The translations under genes and the position numbers were made by a program. Shown here piece by piece: positions 17,303 through 25,481 of a stretch of DNA of 64,000 nucleotides. The notes below the pieces were generated by a model. The model was not told the DNA's origin. It saw nothing but the letters and a program-made list of their open reading frames with translations, and searched no databases. Source of the DNA: Bryobacterales bacterium (GTDB taxonomy: Bacteria > Acidobacteriota > Terriglobia > Bryobacterales > Bryobacteraceae); NCBI GenBank assembly GCA_038229055.1, contig JBBROU010000007.1, forward strand, positions 2,101 through 66,100, read 5' to 3'. The first letter of the stretch is position 1; every line of letters begins with the position of its first letter.

Positions 17303-18627
17303 GGGCGGATTAGAGCTTCGAGTTGAACGACGATCCGGAGGAGTTCGCCGCGGCGCGGTTCTTCGAACAGGGCGGCGGCGGTTCGGCAATCGGCGAGCGT
17401 GGTTTCCAGCTTCCAGGCGGATGGACCTTCGACGGCTATTTGGCTGGCAAGTTCCTGGGCTTTCTCGACGTCGCCGGCGTCGAATGCCGAACCGAGGAGG
17501 GTCGGGTTCAGCCATTCGTCGCTCGACTTACGGGTGCGGGCGCGCTCGCAGGCGATCAGGGTGACAGCGCCGGAGACACGAGCCTTGTCATCGTCGCCTT
17601 TCCGGTTGCGCGTGCGATAGAGCCGGGCCAGGTTGGAAGACGGGTAGTAATCATTGAGATCGAGCTTCATGCCGTTCTCATATTCGGCGATGGCGCGGTC
17701 GAGGTCGACGGGATTTTTGGAGGCGCTCCACCTTTTCTTATAGCGGCCGCCAAGAAGGCCGCGGCGTTCGGATGTGTCTCCGGCGCTCGCGATGAGCTCG
17801 CGGAGGGCCCCGATTGCGGTCTCGTGATCGCCCGATTTGGATAAGGCGAGGGCACGCTGCTCTTTGATGAGGGACGAGTTGCGGAGGTCATCGGGCAGAC
17901 TGTCGATGAACTGCAAGGTGGTGGTCCAATCGGTGCAGTCGCGGAGGGTGTAGAGAAGCTCGACGGCGACGGCTTTCTGAATGGGGCCGCCGGTGAAGTA
18001 GCGTTTCTGGAGATCGAGCGCGCGGATGCGGCATTCATCTCCGGTGGCAGCGCGAGCGGCGATGATTTCGGCTTGAAACTGAGAGAGCTCTTCGAGACTT
18101 TTCTTGAACGAAGCGCCGCGAAGAACCTCGAATTCAGGGTACTTGGGGAAGACCTGATAGAACGGAGAATCGCCCTCGCGCATGATGGGGATGGCGGCGA
18201 CCATGATGTTTATGATCTGCGCGGCAACTTCGTCGGAGATGGATTCGGTGGGCAGGGGATAGCGAATCTGGCGCATCTGGTCGACGTCGAAGAGCGGCTT
18301 GGACCAATCGGCGGCGGTCAGAATGCAGCCCCTTTGCTGAGCGGCGTGTCGAATGCCAACTTCGTAGTAGACATTGCCGTTGGGGATGGAAAGGTCGGCG
18401 AGCACCAGGTCCGAGATGGCGAGGCGCTCAATCATTTCAGTGATGATGAGCGCGCCGATATCTTCGTTGGCGCGCACGGGTTCGTAGCCGGCCTTAGCAA
18501 TGGCGGGACGGAGGGCGGCCTCCCAGAGACGATCGAAGTTGACCTTATCGGGCGCCGCACTGCCGGGCGGCGCGGAAGTCGCCTTCGTGCTGTACGGCAT
18601 GATCATGAAGCAGATTGGTTGTGGCAT
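17299..18627 (-). CDS. nucleoside 2-deoxyribosyltransferase-like (TIR-like Rossmannoid) domain fused to DUF4071 / ASK(MAP3K)-type TPR region
   Basis: N-terminus CFMIMPYS…FDRLWEAALRPAIAKAGYEPVRANED…ISDLVLADLSIPNGNVYYEVGIRHA fits the bacterial NDT-like pattern (MPF…D.viaDlt..N.NV.YE.G.aha). C-terminus …RRGLLGGRYKKRW…LDRAIAEYENGMKLDLNDYYPSSNLARLY matches my recollection of Pfam PF13281 (DUF4071 / TRAFs-binding). Confidence 0.7.
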   Translation of the reverse strand: MPQPICFMIMPYSTKATSAPPGSAAPDKVNFDRLWEAALRPAIAKAGYEPVRANEDIGALIITEMIERLAISDLVLADLSIPNGNVYYEVGIRHAAQQRGCILTAADWSKPLFDVDQMRQIRYPLPTESISDEVAAQIINIMVAAIPIMREGDSPFYQVFPKYPEFEVLRGASFKKSLEELSQFQAEIIAARAATGDECRIRALDLQKRYFTGGPIQKAVAVELLYTLRDCTDWTTTLQFIDSLPDDLRNSSLIKEQRALALSKSGDHETAIGALRELIASAGDTSERRGLLGGRYKKRWSASKNPVDLDRAIAEYENGMKLDLNDYYPSSNLARLYRTRNRKGDDDKARVSGAVTLIACERARTRKSSDEWLNPTLLGSAFDAGDVEKAQELASQIAVEGPSAWKLETTLADCRTAAALFEEPRRGELLRIVVQLEALIRP

Positions 18628-18710
18628 AGGGCGAGACTCGATGCAGGGTCAAGTTTATCGCGACGGATGATAGCGGCGGAAGGCAATGAGCGATCACATA
18701 TAATTCGGGG

Positions 18711-19925
18711 GTGACTTCTCAACCTTCGGAAACTCGCAGGGATCTGTTTCGCAATGTGGCGGGCAGTGCGGCGATGGCGCTGACGGCGGCTTCGTATTCG
18801 CGCGTGATGGGGGCGAATGATCGCGTCGCGCTCGGCGTGATCGGGTGCGGATCGCGCGGCAAATATGTCACTGGATACTTCCAGAAAAATGCGGCGGTGC
18901 AGGTGGCGGCACTTTGCGATGTCTATGCGCAGCGCATCGACGAAGCGCTGCAGAAGTTTCCCGGGGCGAAGAGCTTCGACGACCATCGCAAGCTGCTCGA
19001 GATGCGCGGGATCGACGCGGTGTATATCGCGACGCCGGATCACTGGCACGCGGGGTGCGCGATTGATGCGCTAAATGCGGGGAAAGATGTCTACGTCGAA
19101 AAGCCGCTAACGCTGCGGATTGACGAAGGGCCGCCGATTGTGAAGGCCGCGCGCGTGAACAATCGAATTTGCCAGGTCGGAATGCAGCGGCGGTCGAGTC
19201 CGGCGTATCTGCAAGCTAAGCGGGACTTCGTGCAAACGGGGCGGCTGGGCAAGGTGACTATGACGCGCACGTGGTGGCATGGAAACGGGGCGCACCTGCA
19301 GAAGGCTCCGCCCGCGCTGGCGCAGCAGCCGTCGAATTTAAACTGGGCACGGTTCCTGGGGCCGGTGAAGTGGCGCGATTGGGATCCGCAGCAGTTCTGG
19401 AATTTTCGCGCGTACCTGGATTTCGGCGGCGGCCAGGTGACGGATCTGTTCACGCACTGGGTGGACGTGGCGCACATGTTCCTGGGAAAGGAAGTGCCGA
19501 CGTCGGCGGTGGCCGCGGGGGGCGTGTACCACTATAAAGACGGTCGCACGGCACCGGACACGGTGAGCGTGCTGCTGGAATATCCGGACGAGTTCAATGT
19601 GACGTTCGACGCAACGCTGGCGCCGAGCGTGACCGGGACCGGGATGGAGATGTGCGGGACCGAAGGACGCATTCGCGTGACGGACAAGATCGAGTTTCTG
19701 CCGGTGGGCAAGGGCGCGCAGGCGGAGGTGATCAAGTTCGAGGGCGAGGACACGGTGGCGCACGTGAACAATTTCATCGATTGCGTGAAGTCGCGCAAGC
19801 TGCCGAACGCGGATGTGTTGATTGGGCACCGGTCAGCGCAGGCGTCGCATCTGGGGAACATCGCGTATGTGGAGAAGCGGCGGATCAAGTTCGATTCTGT
19901 GCGCGAAGAAATTCAGCCGTTGTAA
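18711..19925 (+). CDS. Gfo/Idh/MocA family oxidoreductase (Tat-exported)
   Basis: Tat motif TRRDLFRNVAGSAAMALTA. Rossmann motif RVALGVIGCGSRG. EKPLT motif (VYVEKPLTL). Confidence 0.9.
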   Translation: MTSQPSETRRDLFRNVAGSAAMALTAASYSRVMGANDRVALGVIGCGSRGKYVTGYFQKNAAVQVAALCDVYAQRIDEALQKFPGAKSFDDHRKLLEMRGIDAVYIATPDHWHAGCAIDALNAGKDVYVEKPLTLRIDEGPPIVKAARVNNRICQVGMQRRSSPAYLQAKRDFVQTGRLGKVTMTRTWWHGNGAHLQKAPPALAQQPSNLNWARFLGPVKWRDWDPQQFWNFRAYLDFGGGQVTDLFTHWVDVAHMFLGKEVPTSAVAAGGVYHYKDGRTAPDTVSVLLEYPDEFNVTFDATLAPSVTGTGMEMCGTEGRIRVTDKIEFLPVGKGAQAEVIKFEGEDTVAHVNNFIDCVKSRKLPNADVLIGHRSAQASHLGNIAYVEKRRIKFDSVREEIQPL

Positions 19926-20653
19926 TGAAATGGGCTGACGTGCTGACGCTGGTGTACCGGGCGCCGGCGATTTTATTCGCGACGATCTTCATGGGTTCAC
20001 TGTCCCTGATCACGTCGCTCTGGGACAAGACGGGAAACACGCAGCACCGCATCGCGCGGGGATGGTCGCGGATGCTGCTGAGGGTGGGGGGTGTGCGGCC
20101 GCAAGTTCTTCACATGGAGCGCATCGACCCGGCGCGCAGCTATGTGCTGGTAGCGAACCACGCCAGCTTGATGGACACGCCGCTAGTGCTGGCGAGCATC
20201 CCGCTGCAATTCCGCTTTTTCGCGAAACTTGGGCTGTTCAAGATTCCGTTTTTGGGGACGCATCTGCGGCGCGCGGGGCATCTGCCGGTGGAGCGGGAGA
20301 ATCCGCGGGCGTCGCTGAAGACGATGAGCGATGGGGCGAGCCTGATACGCGACCGGAAGGTATCGGTGCTGCTGTTTCCGGAAGGCGGGCGGTCGGAGAA
20401 AGATTTGCGGGAGTTCAAAGAAGGCGCGGCTTACATCGCGATTAAAGCGGGCGTGCCGATTGTGCCGCTGGGGATTGTGGGGACGCGCGAGGTGCTGCCG
20501 ATGCATTCGTACCGATTTCAGCCTGGGGTGGTGCGATTAGTGGTGGGCGAGCCGATGGAGACGGCGCACCTGACGATTCGCGATCGCGGGACGCTGACGG
20601 AGAGACTGCGCGCCAAAGTGTCGGAGCTGACGGAGACGCCCTACGCGGAATGA
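19925..20653 (+). CDS. plsC: 1-acyl-sn-glycerol-3-phosphate acyltransferase
   Basis: HX4D motif in VANHASLMDT, and FPEGGRS. The ATG at 19925 overlaps the upstream stop (TAATG). The ORF-track extension 19652-19924 lies inside the oxidoreductase gene. Confidence 0.9.
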   Translation: MKWADVLTLVYRAPAILFATIFMGSLSLITSLWDKTGNTQHRIARGWSRMLLRVGGVRPQVLHMERIDPARSYVLVANHASLMDTPLVLASIPLQFRFFAKLGLFKIPFLGTHLRRAGHLPVERENPRASLKTMSDGASLIRDRKVSVLLFPEGGRSEKDLREFKEGAAYIAIKAGVPIVPLGIVGTREVLPMHSYRFQPGVVRLVVGEPMETAHLTIRDRGTLTERLRAKVSELTETPYAE

Positions 20654-21573
20654 AATTCCTGGCCGATGCGATGGAGCGCGACGCGATCGGGATGTGCGCC
20701 GGAGGCATGGACGAAGCGCTCGATGGGTTCGTTGAAGGGCTCGCGGCTGAGCTGAAAAGTCTGGTGATGCACGGGCAGGAAGAATTCGGCGCCGGCATCG
20801 TTGCCCATTTTCCAGGCTTGCTCGGGGGTGCAGTGGTAGTGAATCCACGGATCGTAGGCGCCGATCGGCATCAAGGCAAGATCGATGCGGCGCGATGACT
20901 TTAGTGTTTGGAACGCGCTGGTATCGGCCGTGTCGCCGGCGAATAGTACGCGGTAGCGTCCGGCTTCGATGAGGTAGCCGTTGTAGCCGCGGTAGGTATC
21001 GGTGCGCATGCGCGCGCCCCAGTGATTCACTTCGAAGGCGCGGATATTGACCGGGCCCACTGGCACGCTCTGGTTCCAGCCGAGTTCGTGGACCGCACCG
21101 TAGCGAGGAGTCCGCAGCAAATCGCTGGTCTTCACGGCGGTGACAACGGTGGTCCGGCGGTCTTCGAGAGCGCGCAGGCTGGGCAGATCGAAATGATCCA
21201 TGTGGGCATGCGAGAGCAGAATCAGGTCGGGCCGCAGCACACGATTCAGGCACAGAGCGGGCTCGGTGAGGCGCTTGACGCCGAGCGTGAACGGGCCGAC
21301 GTTGAGGCCGGCGCGGTCGCTGAAAATAGGGTCGGTGAGGATGGTGGTGCCGTCAATTTTGAGAAGCACGGTGCTATGGCCGAGCCAAGCTGCGTGCAGG
21401 CCGGTGTCGGGCCACTTGCGGGGATCGGGATGGGCGGGTGCGGGAAGGATGTCGCGTTGCATGTCGCGAGACATCTGCTGCCAAAAAGCGGGCGCGGCGC
21501 GGTAGGCGAAGGCTCCGAGACCAGCGAGTCCGGCACCGGCGGTTGCGCCTCCGACAAGGGTTCGTCTTCTCAC
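20641..21573 (-). CDS. MBL-fold metallo-hydrolase (NAPE-PLD-like), probable Tat signal
   Basis: Metal motif LLSHAHMDHFD. A GTG at 21573 gives MRRRTLVGGATAGAGLAGLGAFAY (twin-Arg signal). The longer ORF to 21699 is Arg/Pro/His-rich and unlikely to be coding. Confidence 0.8.
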   Translation of the reverse strand: MRRRTLVGGATAGAGLAGLGAFAYRAAPAFWQQMSRDMQRDILPAPAHPDPRKWPDTGLHAAWLGHSTVLLKIDGTTILTDPIFSDRAGLNVGPFTLGVKRLTEPALCLNRVLRPDLILLSHAHMDHFDLPSLRALEDRRTTVVTAVKTSDLLRTPRYGAVHELGWNQSVPVGPVNIRAFEVNHWGARMRTDTYRGYNGYLIEAGRYRVLFAGDTADTSAFQTLKSSRRIDLALMPIGAYDPWIHYHCTPEQAWKMGNDAGAEFFLPVHHQTFQLSREPFNEPIERFVHASGAHPDRVALHRIGQEFHSA

Positions 21574-21620
21574 AGATATTAGACGCGGAAAGGGGGCGGC
21601 AGGGTGCAGGGCAAAAATAG

Positions 21621-22574
21621 TTACGCCACCGTGCGGAATCCGGCGATGCGGCGGGCGAAGGCCGCGATGCTGAGGGTGGGTTCGACGCCCATTCGGCAAA
21701 GCGAGAAGAGATTGGCGTGTTCGGAGTTCAGGCCGTATTCGGTGGTGACGGCGGTTTCGAATCCGGCGCGCCGCACGGCTTCGATAACGTCGGCGGAGTA
21801 GTCGTCGGCGGTGCCGTTGGGATAGCAGAAATTGGTGACGGGCTCATCAAGCGCATCTTCAAGGCGGTGCTTGGAGGCGGCGATTTCGGAATCGAGGCCG
21901 GAGACATCGACGCGCGACAGGATGGGGTGCGTGCAGGTGTGGGCGCCGACGTCGAGGCCATCGCGCGAGAGCGCGCGAAGCTCATCCCAGGTCAAAGGCA
22001 GTGCATCGTGCGGGGGTGCGGCGGTGAGTTCGATGTGAAGCAGGCGCGGCAGATCCCGAAGCGTTTGGAGGCGCTCGGAATTGGGCATCTGAATTAAGCG
22101 CTGATTCACGGCATCGCGCGATTGGAGGCGCGTGCGCGTCGTAGAGAGGTCGTAATGAGTTCCCGCGATTTCGACGGTGTTGAGCGGCGTCTCGGTGAAG
22201 AGGAAGTTGGTTTCATCGGGCCAGAGCCAGAGGTCGCGGTCGATGAAACCGGTGACGGCGAAGAGGGTGACGGGCAGGCCGAACTCGCTGAAGATGGGGA
22301 AGGCGCGGGCGAAGTCGCGATAGCCGTCATCGACGGTGACAGCGAGGGCATTGTCGGGGAGCGGCTTCCCTTCCCTGCGGGCGCGGGCGGCATGGGCCAG
22401 CGAGACGGGGTGGTAGTGGCGGGCGATGTGGGCGCACTGCTGGTGGAAATTGTCGAGCGCCACGGGGAAACGGTGATACATGAGTATGCGAAGGGCGCGG
22501 GCATGGCGATGGCGGACCCAGCGCACGCCGCCAAGGTGAAAGAAGGCGGCTTCAAGGGCGGATTTGGCGCTCAT
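21621..22574 (-). CDS. polysaccharide deacetylase (CE4) family protein
   Basis: ALAVTVDDGYRDF (the NodB TFDDG-type motif) and GAHTCTHP (the His-His motif). Confidence 0.85.
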   Translation of the reverse strand: MSAKSALEAAFFHLGGVRWVRHRHARALRILMYHRFPVALDNFHQQCAHIARHYHPVSLAHAARARREGKPLPDNALAVTVDDGYRDFARAFPIFSEFGLPVTLFAVTGFIDRDLWLWPDETNFLFTETPLNTVEIAGTHYDLSTTRTRLQSRDAVNQRLIQMPNSERLQTLRDLPRLLHIELTAAPPHDALPLTWDELRALSRDGLDVGAHTCTHPILSRVDVSGLDSEIAASKHRLEDALDEPVTNFCYPNGTADDYSADVIEAVRRAGFETAVTTEYGLNSEHANLFSLCRMGVEPTLSIAAFARRIAGFRTVA

Positions 22575-23593
22575 CGCGGAGTGGCCGAGCCGAAGGAGAA
22601 ATCTTCGCTGGCGACGCGGCCGCGGGAATCGACGATGGCGGTCGCGGTGAAGCTGCCATCGCCAGGATATCCGAAGCGGAGATCCGTGAGTTCGACACGC
22701 CAGAATCCATCGCCCTGACTGGAGGGCAGGATTCGCCAGAACGGGTAGAGGCTGAAGCGCAAGAACTGCTGGAAGGTGCTGGTGCGGCGGGCAATCGCGA
22801 GCGCGGGATGATCTTCGGGCTTATAGAAGATGCGGCCGGAGGCGGGGTCGAACGGCGCGAGAACGTTGAGGTCGAAGAGGGAGACGGAATCGCGCGTTTC
22901 GGCGAGGCCATGCCAGCGCAGGGGGTTCGAAGGATTCGGGAAGGCGGCCACGCGGACCGGCGCCGAACCATTGTAGATTCGGGAATCGAGAACGGCCGTG
23001 GCGCGGTCGTGAAGCACTTTGTGCGCGAAGTTGATGAACGCGACGAAGAGCAGCGCGGCGATGGCGAAACCGCGGCCCGGAAGCTTGGTTGAGCGCGCGC
23101 CGATCTCCGAGCTGACCAGGCGACCGAGCCATGGGGCGACGAGGCAGAGGAGGAGGACGGCCCAGATCCAGACGTCGACGAGGGCGGTGAGGTCGAGATG
23201 GAACCATTCGCCTGAGAAGGGCAGGAGCAGGCGGATGCCGTACACGTTCGTGAGATCGAGCAGGAGGTGCGAGACGACGCCAGCCAGCGCGACGAGCCAA
23301 GCCGTAAGCCAGACTTTGCCGCGGCCGGCTTTGGGCGCGCGCGGATTGAGGACACGCTCGATGATGCGAACGAGGGCGACGGCGAAGAGCGCGAGCACAG
23401 GCGCGGCGACAAGCGAATGGGTGATGTGCCGATGCCAATGGATATAGTTGAGCGACCCGCCGAGGGCTGCGGCGATGTCGACGTCGGGCGCGTTCGCGGC
23501 GAGGACGAGCAACAGCGTGGCTCTGGGAGTGATGCGATTGAAACCGGCGCGGCTGAGGAAGACGCCGGTGAGAGCGTGAGTGATGTTATCCAA
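22571..23593 (-). CDS. membrane-bound metal-dependent hydrolase (YdjM/DUF457 family) with C-terminal extension
   Basis: N-terminus MDNITHALTGVFLSRAG…HWHRHITHSL is typical of DUF457. Several TM helices. 4-nt overlap with the downstream deacetylase gene. Confidence 0.7.
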   Translation of the reverse strand: MDNITHALTGVFLSRAGFNRITPRATLLLVLAANAPDVDIAAALGGSLNYIHWHRHITHSLVAAPVLALFAVALVRIIERVLNPRAPKAGRGKVWLTAWLVALAGVVSHLLLDLTNVYGIRLLLPFSGEWFHLDLTALVDVWIWAVLLLCLVAPWLGRLVSSEIGARSTKLPGRGFAIAALLFVAFINFAHKVLHDRATAVLDSRIYNGSAPVRVAAFPNPSNPLRWHGLAETRDSVSLFDLNVLAPFDPASGRIFYKPEDHPALAIARRTSTFQQFLRFSLYPFWRILPSSQGDGFWRVELTDLRFGYPGDGSFTATAIVDSRGRVASEDFSFGSATPR

Positions 23594-23644
23594 GCTTTTC
23601 TAGTTTAGTGGGTACTTCCTGGTTTTGAGTAAGCGCGCCGGGAA

Positions 23645-24580
23645 TCAGGTAAGGGATTCGGGGGCGCCTCGGACGTATTGGCGAAAGAAATCGGCGTCGG
23701 TGATTTGGCGTCGCGATTCGACGATTTGGCGGAAGGGTCGGAACTTGGCTTCGGCGAGCCAGATTTCAACCTGGCGCGGGAGGGGTTGCAGGAGTTGTTC
23801 GAAGATTTCCGCGGCGCGGGGTTGGAAGACGGTGCGAACGGTGACGAGCTGGTTGAACTCGATATCGTCCCACCGGACGGGGTAGGGGAAGGTTTTGCGT
23901 GAAAAGTGCCCGACGTGCGCGCCGGTAACGCATTTGACGCCGACGCCGAGAATGCGGGCACGGGCGCAGAGGTCCTGCTCCAATTTGCCCCAGGTGCGGA
24001 AGAAGGGCGAGAAGCCGCCGATTTGTTCATAGGTTTCGCGCAGCATCATATAGCAGGCGCCGATTACCATGGGGACGTCTACGACGGCTTTGCAGGGGTA
24101 TTCGGTGAGGTGGCGGAACGAGAATCCTGGCGAGAGCCCAGCGTGGTAGTCCCGTTTGCCGCACCAGACGAACTCGGCTCCCCAACAGAGAGGCTTGGTC
24201 ATTTCCCAGTTCCACCAGGCGGCGCAGAGGAGGGCGCCGGACTCGACATGAGCCATCATCCGGTCGAGCCAATCGGGCGCGAAGCTCATGTGGGGGTCGA
24301 GGAAGACGAGCACGTCGCCGGTGGCGAGGTCGGCTCCGGTGCGACGGGAACGGGCGCAGCCAATGGGCTCGCTGTTGCGGAGGGTGGTGACTTCGGGGTG
24401 TTCGAAGCTCTGCGGGATCAGGCTGGCGTCGTCGACAACGATGATTTCCCTGGGGTAGCCGGCGGTGGTTTGGAGGAGGCCCTCGATGGTGGCGTTGAAG
24501 AGATATTGCGGTTCATCGCGGACGGCGACGATGAAGGAGAGGGGACGAAAGCTACCTTGCCGACAGGACAAAGACGCCAT
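23645..24580 (-). CDS. glycosyltransferase family 2
   Basis: GT-A signature LSFIVAVRDEPQYL…EIIVVDDASL and the DxH-type motif VLVFLDPHM. Confidence 0.8.
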   Translation of the reverse strand: MASLSCRQGSFRPLSFIVAVRDEPQYLFNATIEGLLQTTAGYPREIIVVDDASLIPQSFEHPEVTTLRNSEPIGCARSRRTGADLATGDVLVFLDPHMSFAPDWLDRMMAHVESGALLCAAWWNWEMTKPLCWGAEFVWCGKRDYHAGLSPGFSFRHLTEYPCKAVVDVPMVIGACYMMLRETYEQIGGFSPFFRTWGKLEQDLCARARILGVGVKCVTGAHVGHFSRKTFPYPVRWDDIEFNQLVTVRTVFQPRAAEIFEQLLQPLPRQVEIWLAEAKFRPFRQIVESRRQITDADFFRQYVRGAPESLT

Positions 24581-25478
24581 TCTTGTATGACAGCTTGCCG
24601 CCGTGCTCGATCCACCATGAAAGCCACCGCTGTCCGGCTTCTTTGAACGTGCAGATCACCGCGGCATCCCCCCGGGTGTAGAATTCGAAATCGATCAATT
24701 TGAGGTAAGTCGTCAGCATTTCGGCGAGTGAACCGGTGCGTTGAACGCCCCCGCGGTCGTAGTCGCCCGTTACCAGGAACTCCTTCACTCCGGGCGAGAG
24801 AAGGATGTGACCTTGCGACAGCTTCTCCATGGTCTCGAGCTCCTGTCTGAGCGTCTGGAATCGGAATTCGACAGGCTGTTGGAGGGAGGGCACATCCGGA
24901 ACCGCTTCGCAGACGGCGGGCTCGGGGAGATGCAGCAAGTCTAGAACTCTGACTGCATTCGAGACCGCTTTCGCATCAGCAGAAACGGCCAAATGGGACA
25001 GATCGCGAATGGGCTCTACACGGCCGATCGCGGAAATTACCTGGGCCGCGTTAACGTACTCGTCCTCGAGACCCTTGAGTTCGCCAGTTGCTTCTAAAAC
25101 GAGTTTCGGTATGCGGCCAAGCTCCGAATCGTCGCCCAGGAGATGCAAGCCGCGAATGATCCGCATGTCGACAACACGTTCGAGCGCGACCGGATCGAAA
25201 TTGAGGCTTACGGTTTCGGGGCCGGGCCGGGGTCTTTCGAGAAGTTGGTGCAAAGCGCTGGTGGATTCCGCTCCAGGGACGCGTGCGATCGCGTCGATTG
25301 CAGCGAGTCGCGACCGGAAGTCCCGTTTTGTATCCGATACAGTCTGGACCGCCAGCACCAATTCATTGTTCATCGGTTTCACCTTTTTCCGTTGAGCTGT
25401 AGCGGGCGCGCACGCGCATAACAACGTCAGCGCCGCCACTCCGAACCAATTTTGCCGCAGTTTCGTGATCTCGGACAT
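24552..25478 (-). CDS. putative lipoprotein, helical-repeat (HEAT-like); immunity-protein candidate
   Basis: Signal peptide with lipobox-like sequence VAALTLLCACAP. A helical region follows (…RLAAIDAIARVPGAESTSALHQLLE…). The start lies 3 nt after the stop of the upstream 742-aa gene. Confidence 0.5.
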   Translation of the reverse strand: MSEITKLRQNWFGVAALTLLCACAPATAQRKKVKPMNNELVLAVQTVSDTKRDFRSRLAAIDAIARVPGAESTSALHQLLERPRPGPETVSLNFDPVALERVVDMRIIRGLHLLGDDSELGRIPKLVLEATGELKGLEDEYVNAAQVISAIGRVEPIRDLSHLAVSADAKAVSNAVRVLDLLHLPEPAVCEAVPDVPSLQQPVEFRFQTLRQELETMEKLSQGHILLSPGVKEFLVTGDYDRGGVQRTGSLAEMLTTYLKLIDFEFYTRGDAAVICTFKEAGQRWLSWWIEHGGKLSYKNGVFVLSAR

Positions 25479-25481
25479 TTG

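Noticed and set aside
17303-17515. Upstream 71-codon extension of the TIR ORF given by the ORF track
   Set aside because: The extension is Arg/Pro-rich (RRRRRRESPG…RRTAPRRTPPDRR) and lies entirely within the 3' end of the DUF4071 gene. The ATG at 17302 gives a canonical ATGA coupling and a normal TIR N-terminus.
18628-18710. TATAAT at 18699-18704, 6 nt upstream of the GTG start of the oxidoreductase (possible leaderless promoter), and a TTGACC on the opposite strand for the TIR operon
   Set aside because: These are single hexamer matches without properly spaced partner elements, so there is not enough to call promoters. Transcription start mapping would be required.
19652-19924. Upstream extension of the plsC ORF
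   Set aside because: It overlaps the oxidoreductase gene in another frame with Gly/Arg-rich composition. The ATG at 19925 abuts the upstream stop.
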